A program made the position numbers and the translations under genes. This document shows, in pieces, positions 1 to 11,589 of a stretch of DNA of 64,000 nt (positions are counted from its first letter, which is position 1; each line of letters starts with the position of its first letter). Origin of the DNA: Mobula hypostoma (Eukaryota); contig NC_086097.1 of assembly GCF_963921235.1 (NCBI RefSeq), positions 138,448,001-138,512,000 of the forward strand, in the 5' to 3' direction. Below the pieces are notes generated by a model. It did not search any database and was not told where the DNA came from. It was given only the letters and a program-made list of their open reading frames with translations.

Positions 1-59
1 GCTGAAAGGTGAGAGCAGTCTCTTAAAGCGCAAGCATTGCCAACACTGCGGAAAGAAGG

Positions 60-431
60 AAGATCAGAGGTGACTTGATAGAGGTGTATAAGATGATAAG
101 AGGCATAGATAGAGTAGACAGCCTAAGTTTTTTACCCCAGTTCAGAATGGCTAATATAAGGGATAATATAACTTTAAACTATTTGGAGGAAAGTAAAGGG
201 GAGGCGTCAGAGGTAGACCTTATACACAGAGTGGAAAGTGCATGGGATATGCTGCCAGGGGTAGTGATAGAGGCAAATATATTAGGGACATTTAGAGGGG
301 CACATAGATGAAAGAAAAATGGAGGGCTATGTGGGAGAGAAGGGTTAGATTGTTCTTGGAGCAGGTTAAAGGGTCAGCACAACAGTGTGGGCCGAAGGAC
401 CTGTATTGTGCAGTACTGTGCTGTGTTCTAG
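60..431 (+). mobile_element. CR1 LINE 3' fragment
   Basis: ORF 75..311 reads GDLIEVYKMIRGIDRVD, the C-terminal motif of CR1 ORF2, followed by a CR1-type 3' tail. Confidence 0.8.
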
Positions 432-1304
432 GCGACACTGTACAAAAGGGGTATTGCTGAGGTATTATTCTGTGAAAACTCCAACAATAACACCATGCTA
501 GGAATAATAAACAATTCAACACCAAGCCAGCCGGAGAAAGGGATAAGAATTGAATGGTGTCTTTAATGATTATGCCTGATTTATACTCAGTAAAATGCCT
601 ATCACCAGGAAAATTGTGCTGAACATATCCATGAGGAGCAGTCGGCATTGTGCCTGAACTGTTCATATCAGTCTGCAGAATGCTCACAAGATTGAGTTCA
701 GATATCTTTATTTGAAAGCTTTGTCCAGCTCATGTTCTCCTTCAAACCCACCATCACTCACCTAGACTCCTGCAGAAGCCGAGCAGGGAGAGGCTGGTCT
801 GGTCTCCAGGTCGTAGCGCTTCACTTGTTCCACACTCGTCATCTGCCATGCTGCATGCTGCTTTCAGTGCCAGGCTTAACACATCACCCCCCCAATTCTA
901 AATAAATAGTTCAGGAGCTGTTTCAAAGTCATTCCAGAGGGAAGTTAATCACTCTGAATCTCATGAATAACAGCAGCTGTACTGGATCTAGGTTTCCGTG
1001 AAGCCTTTGAAAAGACATCATGTTCAGGACTGATGGAAAAGGTCAGAAAACATGCTGTTACAGGAAGCGATTGTGGAACGCACGTGAAGTTTTAGAAGGA
1101 AAAGAGAAGGCGCATAGGGCAGCCAGTCAGAGTACCTGGAATTAGGATGTGGTGCCCCACAAGGATCACTGTGGGACCACTGTTCACTATTTGCATTAAT
1201 GATTCAGACATCGGAATCAAAAACTACTATTTCTAAATCTGGCAACACACATCAAAGTTGCTGGTGAATACAGCAGGCCAGGCAGCATCTGTAGGAAGAG
1301 GTGC

Positions 1305-1340
1305 AGTCGACGTTTCAGGCCGAGACCCTTCGTCAGGACT
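1305..1340 (-). ncRNA. Minimal type-I hammerhead ribozyme in Penelope pLTR (intact core)
   Basis: Minus strand reads AGTC-CTGACGA-AGG-GTCTCGG-CCT-GAAA-C-GTC-GACT. This gives stem I AGTC/GACT, the CUGANGA box, stem II AGG/CCT, the GAAA box, a loopless palindromic stem III (ACGT) and a GUC cleavage triplet (cut between 1309 and 1308). Confidence 0.85.
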
Positions 1341-1634
1341 AACTGAAGGAAGAGTGAGTAAGGGATTTGAAAGTTGGAGGGGGAGGGGGAGATCCAAAAT
1401 GATAGGAGAAGACAGGAGGGGGAGGGATAGAGCCAAGAGCTGGACAGGTGATAGGCAAAAGGGGATACGAGAGGATCATGGGACAGGAGGTCCGGGAAGA
1501 AAGACAGGGGGGGGGGGACCCAGAGGATGGGCAAGAGGTATATTCAGTGGGACAGAGGGAGAAAAAGGAGAGTGAGAGAAAGAATGTGTGCATAAAAATA
1601 AGTAACAGATGGGGTACGAGGGGGAGGTGGGGCC

Positions 1635-3143
1635 TCAGCGGAAGTTAGAGAAGTCGATGTTCATGCCATCAGGTTGGAGGCTACCCAGACGGAATATAAG
1701 GTGTTGTTCCTCCAACCTGAGTGTGGCGTCATCTTTACAGTAGAAGAGGCCGTGGATAGACATGTCAGAATGGGAATGGGGTGTGGAATTAAAATATGTG
1801 GCCACTGGGAGATCCTGCTTTCTCTGGCGGACAGAGCGTAGATGTTCAGCAAAGCGGTCTCGCAGTCTGCGTCGGGTCTCGCCAATATATAAAAGGCCAC
1901 ATCGGGAGCACTGGACGCAGTATATCACCCCAGTTGACTCACAGGTGAAGTGTTGCCTCACCTGGAAGGACTGTTTGGGGCCCTGAATGGTGGTAAGGGA
2001 GGAAGTATAAGGGAATGTGTAGCACTTGTTCCGCTTACACGGATAAGTGCCAGGAGGGAGATCAGTGGGGAGGGATGGGGGGGACGAATGGACAAGGGAG
2101 TTGCATAGGGAGCAATCCCTGCAGAATGCAGAGGGGGGGGAGGGAAAGATGTGCTTAGTGGTGGGATCCCATTGGAGGTGGCGGGAGTTACGGAGAATAA
2201 TATGTTGGACCCGGAGGCTGGTGGGGTGGTAGGTGAGGACCAGGGGAACCCTATTCCTAGTGGGGTGGCGGGAGGATGGAGTGAGAGCAGATGTACGTGA
2301 AATGGGGGAGATGCGTTTAAGAGCAGAGTTGATAGTGGAGGAAGAGAAGCCCCTTTCTTTAAAAAAGGAAGACATTTCCCTCGTCCTAGAATGAAAAGCC
2401 TCATCCTGAGAGCAGATGCGGCGGAGACGGAGGAATTGTGAGAAGGGGATGGCGTTTTTGCAAGAGACAGGGTGAGAAGAGGAATAGTCCAGATAGTTGT
2501 GAGAGTCAGTAGGCTTATAGTAGACATCAGTGGATAAGCTGTCTCCAGAGACAGAAACAGAAAGATCTAGAAAGGGGAGGGAGGTGTCGGAAATGGACCA
2601 GGTAAACTTGAGGGCAGGGTGAGAGTTGGAGGCAAAGTTAATAAAGTCAACGAGTTCTGCATGCGTGCAGGAAGCAGCACCAATGCAGTCGTCAATGTAG
2701 CGAAGGAAAAGTGGGGGACAGATACCAGAATAGGCACGGAACATAGATTGTTCCACAAACCCAACAAAAAGGCAGGCATAGCTAGCACCCATACGGGTGC
2801 CCATAGCTACACCTTTAGTTTGGAGGAAGTGGGAGGAGCCAAAGGAGAAATTATTAAGAGTAAGGACTAATTCCACTAGACGGAGCAGAGTGGTGGTAGA
2901 GGGGAACTGATTAGGTCTGGAATCCAAAAAGAAGCGTAGAGCTTTGAGACCATCCTGATGGGGGATGGAAGTATATAAGGACTGGACATCCATGGTGAAA
3001 ATAAAGTGGTGGGGGTCAGGGAACTTAAAATCATCGAAAAGTTTAAGAGCGTGAGAAGTGTCACGAACATAGGTCGGAAGGGATTGAACAAGGGGTGATA
3101 AAACCGTGTCGAGGTATGCAGAAACAAGTTCGGTGGGGCAGGA
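1635..3143 (-). CDS. Penelope-like RT + GIY-YIG endonuclease (5'-truncated, frame uninterrupted)
   Basis: Motifs MDVQSLYTSIPH, GVAMGT, RYIDD, a Cys-rich linker PCKRNKCYT, and GVIYCVQCSRCGLLYIGETRRRLRDRFAEH. The frame stays open upstream of the ATG at 2993 (SCPTELVSAYLDTVLSP...). Confidence 0.9.
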   Translation of the reverse strand, partial: SCPTELVSAYLDTVLSPLVQSLPTYVRDTSHALKLFDDFKFPDPHHFIFTMDVQSLYTSIPHQDGLKALRFFLDSRPNQFPSTTTLLRLVELVLTLNNFSFGSSHFLQTKGVAMGTRMGASYACLFVGFVEQSMFRAYSGICPPLFLRYIDDCIGAASCTHAELVDFINFASNSHPALKFTWSISDTSLPFLDLSVSVSGDSLSTDVYYKPTDSHNYLDYSSSHPVSCKNAIPFSQFLRLRRICSQDEAFHSRTREMSSFFKERGFSSSTINSALKRISPISRTSALTPSSRHPTRNRVPLVLTYHPTSLRVQHIILRNSRHLQWDPTTKHIFPSPPSAFCRDCSLCNSLVHSSPPSLPTDLPPGTYPCKRNKCYTFPYTSSLTTIQGPKQSFQVRQHFTCESTGVIYCVQCSRCGLLYIGETRRRLRDRFAEHLRSVRQRKQDLPVATYFNSTPHSHSDMSIHGLFYCKDDATLRLEEQHLIFRLGSLQPDGMNIDFSNFR

Positions 3144-3285
3144 GATTTTCTAAATCTGGAGTTGAGAGGGGTAGCGAATACTTAGGTTGGGTATGGGGTA
3201 GGGGAGGGTTGCATCCTAGAAGGTCACGCAGTATCTGGAAAATGAGTATCAAAAGGGTGTAAGAACGTGATGGAATCTGGAAATG

Positions 3286-5260
3286 CATAAGACCATAAGG
3301 CCATAAGACATGGGAGCAGAATTGGGCCATTCAGCCCATCAAGTCTGCTCCACCATTCCATCATGGCTGATCCCGGATCCCACTCAGTCCTATACACCTG
3401 TCTTCTCACCATATCCATTGGTGCCCTGATCGGTCAGGAAAAAATCAACTTCTGCCATAAATATACCCACAGACTTGGCCTCTACTGCAGTCTGTGGCAG
3501 AGCTTTCCACAGATTCACTGCTATCAGGCTTTAAAAAATCCTCTTTTCCTCGATTCTAAAAGGTCACCCCTCAATTTTGAGGCTGCACTCTTTAGTTTTG
3601 GATATTCCCACCATAGGAAACATCCTCTCCACATCCACTCTATCTAGTCCTGTCAACATTTGGTAGGTGTCAATAAGATCCCCACATACATCTAAATTCC
3701 AGTGAGTACAGGCCCAAAGCTGCTAAACGCTCCTCATATGTTAACCCCTTCATTCCCAGAAACACTCCCGTGAACCTCTTCTGGACTCTCTCCAATGACA
3801 ACACATCCTTTCTGAGATAGCAGGCTCAAAACTGTTGACAATATTCCAAGTGCGGTCTGACTAGTGTCTTACAAAGGCTCAGCATTATCTCCCTGCTTTT
3901 ATATTCCATTCCCCATGAAATAACTGCCAACATTGCATTTGCTTTCTTTACCACAGACTCAACCTGTAAATTAACTGTCTCGGAGACTTGCACGAGGACT
4001 CCTAAGTAATGGCCTCCTCTACTGCCATGATGAGGCTAAACTCAGGTTGGAGGAGCAACACCTCATATACCGTCTAGGTAGTCTCCAGCCCCTTGGTATG
4101 AACATAGAATTCTCCAACTTCCGGTAATTCCCTTCCCCTTCCTTCCCCTATCCCTATTTCACTCTGCCCCCTCCCCCAGCTCCCTCATGGTTCCTCCTCC
4201 TGCCACTACCCATTGTGTTTTCCCCTATTCCTTCTTCACCTTTCCTGCCTATCACCTCCCTGCTTCCCCTCCCCCACCCCTTTATCTTTCCCCTTACTGG
4301 TTTTTCACCTAGAACCTACCAGCCTTCTCCTTCCCACCCTCCCCCCACCTTTATAGGGCCTCTGCCCCTTCCCTCTACAATCCTGACAAAGGGTTCCAGC
4401 CTGAAACATCAACCGATCTTTTCCACGGATGCTGCCCGACCTGCTGAGTTCCTCCAGCGTGTTGTGAGTGTTGCTTTGACCCCAGCATCTGCAGATTATT
4501 TTGTGTTTACAACTCCTAAGTCCCTCTGCACATTTGATATTTGAACCTTCTCCCCATTTAATTAATGTAGATAATGTTGTTCCTTCTACCAAACTGCATT
4601 GCCGTACATTTCCCAACATTGTATTCCATCTGCCACTTGTTTGCCCATTCTTCCAATCAGTCTAAGTCCTCCTGCAACCGCATTGCTTCCTCAGCACTAC
4701 CTACCCATCCACCCATCTTCATATCATCCACAAACTTTATCACAAAGCCATCAATTCCGTTCCACTGGCAAACAAGGTGAAAAGTAGTGGTTCCAATACT
4801 GACCCCTGAGGAACACCAATAGTCACTGGCAGCCAACCAGAAAAGGCCCCTTTTATTCCTGCTCCCTGCCGCCTGCCTGTCAGCCATTCCCCTATCCATG
4901 CCAGTATTTTTCCCGTAACGCCATAGGATTTTATCTTGTTAAGCAGCATCATGTGTGGCACCTTATCAAATGCCTTCTGAAAATCCAAGTAAATGACATC
5001 TACTGCCTCTCCTTTGCCCACTCTGCTTGTTACTTCTTCGAAGAACTCTTAACAGATTTGTCAGGTAGGATTTCCCTTTACAGAAACCATGCTGACTTTC
5101 ACTTATTTTACCATTAGTCTCCAAGTACCCCCAAAACCTCATCTTTAATAATAGACTCCAACACTTTCCCAACCACTGAGGTTAGAGTAACCAGCCTAAA
5201 ATTTCCTTTCTTTTGCCTTCGTCCCTTCTCAAAGAGTGGAGAGACATTTGCAATGCATGC
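3286..5260 (-). mobile_element. CR1 LINE, decayed RT and 3' end
   Basis: ORF fragments SQHGFCKGKS, VDVIYLDFQKAFDKVPH, GVPQGSVL and KFVDDMKMGG; CATAAGAC-type tail repeats near 3290. Confidence 0.88.
4008..4511 (+). mobile_element. Penelope-like 3' fragment with pLTR and degenerate hammerhead, nested in CR1
   Basis: Encodes GLLYCHDEAKLRLEEQHLIYRLGSLQPLGMNIEFSNFR*. 10-bp TSD ACTCCTAAGT (3998-4007 and 4512-4521). Hammerhead remnant CTGACAA...GAAACATC at 4383-4410. Confidence 0.88.
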
Positions 5261-5604
5261 AGTATCTTGTTCCTCTCTGCATCTTATGGTGCAATGGGCA
5301 TCAACCTTGCCAGTTCATTCACATTTGTCTGTTTTTTATGAGACTGAGTTGCTATCTCTACGCTCAACCCAACACGAATGGAAAGCATGCAAAATGCAAT
5401 GCATTGTCTAATGGAAGATTCAAGTATAGAGACACACTGGCACTGACACTTGGTTGGATCAGATTTGGTTACCATGTGTGTATTTCTATAGGGATCTATA
5501 GGGAAACTGGATATTCTGCAGGGTCTGAAATATAAACCACCCCACCAGATGTCCTTTGTACATTCATTCCATTCTTTTTCTACCAGTCCGGTCTTTGCCC
5601 ACAA

Positions 5605-6000
5605 CATCCAGGACACCCCTGGGGCCCTAACCCTTCTTACCCTATGCAGCCTCAGGAGATGAAATCCAATAATTCATGCTTTCACCTCTGCATTTCCCAA
5701 CATCCTTGGACCAAACAGCAGCTTATCTGGAGAGCTGCGAAGCCTCAGAATCCCAAAGGTGCACTTGTCTTCTAGGCCGCGTCCTTGTGGTTTCAAAACA
5801 CGGACAGCTGTGAGCCCCAGGGAGCAGTTCCCACCACTGCAAGGAACCTATGTCTGAGTGTAACTCCAGGTCAGGGTCTCCAACAGAATCTCATCCTTCC
5901 TGAAAAGAAAAAAGAGAGACATCAAAGGTGGAAATTAAGCTATTTCTGCAGATGAGCTCAAAGTAGTCGCTGTTAAATGCCATTGTAGCTCCGCCCCAGA
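5605..6000 (-). repeat. Unclassified interspersed repeat, related to 37985-38705
   Basis: 5860-5946 (GTAACTCCAGGTCAGGGTCT...GCTATTTC) resembles 38630-38708. Confidence 0.5.
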
Positions 6001-6234
6001 TGTGTTTCAATACAACCGAATGTAGTGAGGTGACTGTCCTGATTGAGGAGATGATAGCATGTGCAAGCTGTATGTCCTGCTCAGTTTTATTTCAATAACA
6101 AATATATCCCATTCACAGTCATTTTCCTTGCTTTTTGTAAAGATACGAAACAAATATGGACATAATTCTACAGCAACTATCCCAACATCAGGGTGCTGTG
6201 CCCTCAGCCAATGAACTACATTGGAATTGTTGAC

Positions 6235-6350
6235 ATGTGATACTGCAGAAGTTAGAATCTGCTGTAACAAAATGCTGGTGAACCTCAGTGGGCCAGGCAG
6301 CATCTGTGGAGGGAAATAGACAATCTACATTTTTGGTTGAGGCCCTTCCA
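6235..6350 (-). mobile_element. Penelope pLTR-derived short repeat (decayed)
   Basis: AAATGCTGGTGAACCTCAGTGGGCCAGGCAGCATCTGTGG matches the pLTR at 1255-1295. Confidence 0.7.
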
Positions 6351-7234
6351 GAAGAAGTTTGCACTTTGTTTGCCACATTGGAAATGTGCTCACTATTGTA
6401 ATGTGCGAACTTCCCCTCTTTCCGATCCCAGGTTGCTGAATGTCCACTTCCTAACTAAGCAGCACTCATCTTCCATTTCCATGGTCTGATGGACAGGTCA
6501 CCCAGAGCTCTTCAAGGGTTCGAAGCAGATGAGGACGCCTTCCCTCCTCAGGCGATAAAAAGGTAAACTTAATTTTCATTTTCTAATGCCTTACAGACTT
6601 GGGACATTCTGGTTCACAGTCAATGACAAATGATGCTTCTTTGTCATTACATTACTTTTCCTTATTGAAGGTAATAGCTTATATCTCATTAGCTTACCAC
6701 TTGTATTTCCTAAGTTAATTTTCCAGCTTTCTCAGTTCCTGGGCTGCACTGCTTGCTTGAGAAGATGAGACAGCTGACCTAATTCTGATCTTCTGCCAAC
6801 ACGTTTGTCATTTTACCTAAGCCTGTTGAACACCCGGGAGTAACCTGTCCACTTACTGAGTCTGACGCTGGATGCCTTGTCTTGTCATATCTGCTGCCGG
6901 GACATAGAAAGCAAGGGCTTGATGTTCCACTTTTCGGGCACTATACAGAGGACCTGTGCACAATGTTTGATGTTCCACAGCAGGATGGCTGAACAAATGT
7001 GGCTCCCAGCATTGAAGATTCTTGGCATATCAACGATAATGGAAACAACCTTCAACTTGAAGTCATCCAGACTATGCATTGTATCTCCAAACTCCCACCA
7101 CGTGGTTAAGCAATAAACAACCTGTGAGTCAAACTCAGCGGTTTGGGCAGCATTTGTGGGAGGAATGGACTTGCTGATGTTTTGGTTTGAAACCCAACAT
7201 GAGGATGGCTAAGTTTTGATTGAATATTTGGGCA

Positions 7235-7840
7235 TGTAATGCTGAGGCTTTATAAGGCATTGGTCGAACCGTACTTGGAGTATTGCGAGCAGCTTTGGGC
7301 CACATGTCTAAGAAATGATGTGCTGACATTGGAGAGGGTTCGGCGGTGGTTCATAAGAATGATTTTGCATATGAAAGTGCTAACGTATAAGGAACATTTG
7401 ATGGCTCTGGGCCTGTACTCACTGGAGTTTACAGGAATGAAAGTGGGTCCCATTGGAACCTATCAAATATAGAAAGGCCTAGATAGAACGAATGTTTCCT
7501 ATAGTGGGTGCATCTCGGACCTGAGGGCACAGCCTCGAATACAAGGACATCCCTTTATAACAGAGATGAGGAGGAATATATTTAGCCATAGGGTGACAGA
7601 CAGCTGTGAAGGCCAAGTAATTTGTACAGTAGTAGGAGTAAAAATTTTTTATCAGAATACATACATGTCACCACATACAACCCCGAGATTTCCCTCCTGA
7701 AAACTGATCTTGATCAGTCAGGGCATTAAAGGTTATGGGGAGAAGGCAGGAGAACGAGGTTGAGAGGGATAATATATCAGCCATGACTGAACAGTGGAGC
7801 AGATTTGATGGGACGAATGTCCTAATCCTGCTCCTACGGT
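7235..7840 (+). mobile_element. CR1 LINE 3' fragment
   Basis: MLRLYKALVEPYLEYCEQLW...LGLYSLE, followed by a CR1 3' UTR. Confidence 0.85.
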
Positions 7841-9060
7841 GTAAACAACACCTGAACTTTTAATTCAGATCACTTTCTTGTCTTCATTCCCTCACGTCTC
7901 TTTGGGTTTCTCCAGCCTGTGACTCACTGAGATCTCTACCTTCCTCTTATTTTTGCTCTGTGATCATTGCCACTTTAATCTCTACACTGTTCAAATTTTG
8001 GGCTGTCCCTTTAATTCCTTGCCCCACAGGCACTGAAATTCCTTTTCTGAAACTCTCAGCCTCTCACCTGTCTTTCATGCTTTTCAGAATCTACACTTCA
8101 AACAATCTTTTGATTGCCTGCCCCAGTATTTCATTTCGTGTCTTAGGGTCAATGGGTTTCATTTTGGCTCACAGCTGTGAGATGCCTTGGGACAATTTTA
8201 GTGCATAACGGGCACACTTTTGTTATTATTCAGATACATCAACCTATCCCATAGCTTGGCCAAATCTTCTTTTTATTTGTCGATCAATAGGTAGAGACTA
8301 TTCATTACCTTTGCAGAATTTCTCTAACATAATTAATTATTGGTATCTATTTTTGCTCATCACATTCTAAAGCAAAATATTATTCAAATTCTTGGACCTT
8401 AAGCTGATTTCTGTTGTTAGTTTCTTCAGATAAAAAATTGTTCAATTTCTTATAGCAATTCGTATAGAATGCCAGTAAGGAATTAACCTTAAAGTCTCAT
8501 CAACTCTGCTGCAGAGTAATTTTGATTGAACTACATGAGCAAGGGTGTGGAGAAATTGGCTGATAAAGAATGGGACTTCACTGCTCCTCACAATGTCCTC
8601 CTCCTCCAACAGTGAACTCTCCCACACAAGATGAATATCTACAGATTCAACCCAAACACCCCGGAACCCCCATGGTGCTTGATCAACTGGTAAAAATAAC
8701 TATTCCTGAATTATTCCTTGTGTGTTATCAAGACAATGTTACCGTTACAGCGCTCCAATTTTTGGAGCAAGTATTTCTGATCTGGACCTTATGAGTATTA
8801 ACCGAGCATTAACATTATCATTTTCGTTAAACAAAGTGCAAATTTAAGGATGGTTCTTTCTTGGCACGTCTGTAGATTTGGTACCTATTTTTGAATGAGT
8901 GCTGATGGCGAGGGAGGTTTTTCCCTGGGGAGTACAACCAGAGCCAAGACGCACAGCACCATGGATGGCTCAGCTGTCCGGGGAGGGAGGAGGAGGAACA
9001 AGCAGTGTTCAGTAGTTAGGGGTTCAGGCATTTCTATGGTTGTAGAAGTGATTCTTGGAT

Positions 9061-9297
9061 AGAGCGTCATAGGAAGTCATTCCTGCCTGTGGCCATCAAA
9101 CTTTACAACTCCTCCTTTGGAGGGTCAGACACCCTGAGCCAATAGGCTGGTCCTGGACTTATTTCATAATTTACTGGCATAATTTACATATTACTATTTA
9201 ACTATTTATGGTTCCATTACTATTTATTATTTATGGTGCAACTATAACGAAAACCAATTTCCCCTGGGATCAATAAAGTATGACTATGACTATGACT
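9061..9297 (+). mobile_element. Rex1/Babar-like LINE 3' end with (CTATGA)n tail
   Basis: Encodes RHRKSFLPVAIKLYNSS. Ends AATAAAGTATGACTATGACTATGACTA. Same family as 9956-10570 and 15628-16000. Confidence 0.75.
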
Positions 9298-9338
9298 AAA
9301 TGCCCAGCCAGTCAGGCAGCATCTGTCATGATAGGAAC

Positions 9339-9760
9339 AGAATCAGAATCGGGTTTATTATTACAGACATGTATCACAATTTTTTTCACTTTGCAGCACT
9401 AGTGCAGTGCAATACATAAAACATACTATACATTACAGTAAGAAAAATATTTTTAAAAGCATAATTAAGTAGTGCAAGACGAGAGTAAAACTAATGGTGT
9501 AGTGTTCATGGATTCATGGACTGTTCAAAAATCTCATGGGAGAGGGCAAGAGGCTGTTCTCAAAACATTGAATGTGCATTGTTGGGTTACTATACCTCCT
9601 TATTGATGGTAGTAATGAGAAAGGGGTGTGCCTTGAGTGGTGGGGGTCCTTAATGATGGATGCCACCTTTTTGAGGCATTGTCCTTTGAAGATGTCCTTG
9701 ATGGTTAGGAGGTTAATGCTCATGATGGAGCTGGCTGAACTCACAACCACTGCAGATTGT
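9339..9760 (-). mobile_element. Rex1/Babar-like LINE 3' fragment
   Basis: ORF 9514..9774 contains CLKKVASIIKDPHH...FSLLPS; (CTGATT)-type tail. Confidence 0.75.
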
Positions 9761-9955
9761 TCCAGTCTTTTCATTACAGGGTCATGTAGGAGCCCTTCAT
9801 GGAAAATTATGCCTTGGAGCCAAAGTCAAGAATATCATGGACAGGCCAAAGGATATTCTGTGGGGGGGGGGATGTAAAATGTTTGACATAGATAAAGAAA
9901 AGGATGGTGTTCTGCAAGCAGATTTCAAGGACCCTGAAAGTTACCATTCCCATAT

Positions 9956-10570
9956 CATAGTCATAGTCATAGTCATACTTTATTGATCCCGGGGGAAATT
10001 GGTTTTCGTTACAGTTGCACCATAAATAATTAAATAGTAATCAGGAAATAAGTCCAGGACCAGCCTATTGGCTCAGGGTGTCTGACCCTCCAAGGGAGGA
10101 GTTGTAAAATTTGATGGCCACAGGCAGGAATGACCTCCTGTGATGCTCTGTGTTGCATCCCGGTGGAATGAGTGTCTGGCTGAATGTATTCCTGTGCCCA
10201 ACCAGTACATTATGTAGTGGATGGGAGACATTGTCCAAGATGGCATGCAACTTGGACAGCATCCTCTTTTCAGACACCACCGTCAGAGAGTCCAGTTCCA
10301 TCCCCACAACATCACTGGCCTTACGAATGAGTTTGTTGATTCTGTTGGTGTCTGCTACCCTCAACCTGCTGCCCCAGCACACAACAGCAAACATGATCGC
10401 ACTGGCCACTACAGACTCGTAGGTCATCCTCAGCCTCGTCCGGCAGATGTTAAAGGAGCTCAGTCTCCTCAGGAAATAGAGACGGCTCTGATGCTTCTTG
10501 TAGACAGCCTCAGTGTTCTTTGACCAGTCCAGTTTATTGTCAATTCGTATTCCCAGGTATTTGTAATCAC
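9956..10570 (-). mobile_element. Rex1/Babar-like LINE 3' fragment with (CTATGA)n tail
   Basis: ORF 10065..10427: YESVVASAIMFAVVCWG...HPLH...RSFLPVAIKFYN. Confidence 0.8.
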
Positions 10571-10911
10571 TCCATTTTGAACTCCCAAGTTAGTAGAGTA
10601 CCACAATGACTGTGTGGCTGGACTGATGTTGGAGGAGCGAGTGCTTTGGATTGCTGAGGACTGGGTCTGGGCCAGGTGGGACCTGCACAGGTTTGATGGA
10701 TTAACTCCGAGTTGGAACCAATGTCCTCATAGGAAAGCTCGAGAGCAGTGGATTGGCTTTCCCCGCCTTTGAAGACCTAAATTTTTGTTCTGTTTCATTC
10801 TATGACTACTTTTGAATGGTACAATTATGATCACTATCTTTAAGATGCTCTCCCACTGACTCTACAACCAATTATCGAGCTATATTCCCCTAAGTTACAC
10901 TTAGCATTAAG

Positions 10912-11039
10912 CATTAATCCCTTATTCACTCTTCCTTCAGTTAGTCCTGACGAAGGGTCTCGGCCTGAAACCCTGAAGGGTCTCTTCCTAGAGATGCTGC
11001 CTGGCCTGCTGCGTTCACCAGCAACTTTAATGTGTGTTG
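10912..11039 (+). mobile_element. Solo Penelope pLTR fragment with rearranged hammerhead
   Basis: Near-identical to the reverse complement of 1243-1365. TSD CTTAGCATTAAG (10900-10911 and 11040-11051). CTGACGA (10947-10953) and GAAA are retained, but the GTC site is replaced. Confidence 0.85.
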
Positions 11040-11051
11040 CTTAGCATTAAG

Positions 11052-11389
11052 TGTCCATTTGGTAGCATCGCATTTCCTGATACGCATTTCCAGTTGCTTT
11101 CCTCCGCCATGTCTATACACTGATGCGAAATAAATGGTCGGAGACGATGAACCAAATCGTCAAATCTACCTGCCGACATCCGAAAATATTTGAAATGCAT
11201 TTCCTCAAACATGTCTCTCACGAAGAAACTCAACACAGTGGCATAGAAACCCCACCGCCAACTAGCGTTTTAGCGGTGAATTGCAGAGCGATGCAGACAC
11301 AATACGCATGCTCGCTACAGCGTAGGGCTACGCAAAAGTATAAATCAGGCCTATGGCGTAGCCCATATGCACAAGTATAAATCAGCCTT
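11052..11389 (-). mobile_element. PIF/Harbinger-like non-autonomous DNA transposon fragment
   Basis: Minus-strand ORF contains [22 protein letters not shown] (Harbinger transposase N-terminal motif). Terminal AAGTATAAATCAGCCT is followed by TAA. Confidence 0.6.
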
Positions 11390-11589
11390 TAACACCACTC
11401 CATAATTTGACTCCATATCTGCTCCTCAGCTCTGCTGACTGTCAGGAGGCTTGTGGAATACACCCAGCAAAGTGATCCTTTCCTTTTTTCAACCATAGAC
11501 CCTTCTCAGATATCATTCCTCATTCCTCCTTACTCAATAATGATACGTCACCTTCCGTTTTACATCCTCTCCTTTTGATATTTCTGGAC

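Larger units (their letters stand above)
1243..3146 (-). mobile_element. Penelope-like retroelement (probably Neptune-type), 5'-truncated, with 3' pLTR; inserted in an old CR1 RT fragment
   Basis: RT plus GIY-YIG ORF. Flanked by a 13-bp duplication TTTCTAAATCTGG (1230-1242 and 3147-3159). The host CR1 remnant reads GVPQGS just upstream. Confidence 0.92.
8870..10780 (+). mobile_element. Old CR1 ORF1 (esterase) remnants interrupted by younger LINE pieces
   Basis: Pieces at about 8870-9060, 9760-9950 and 10580-10780 resemble the ORF1 at 29465-30190 (e.g. RWDL...DGL...GTNVL). Confidence 0.5.

Noticed and set aside
6432..6562. Plus-strand coding exon (polypyrimidine-CAG ... AG|GTAAAC)
   Set aside because: Stops in all three frames and no other support.
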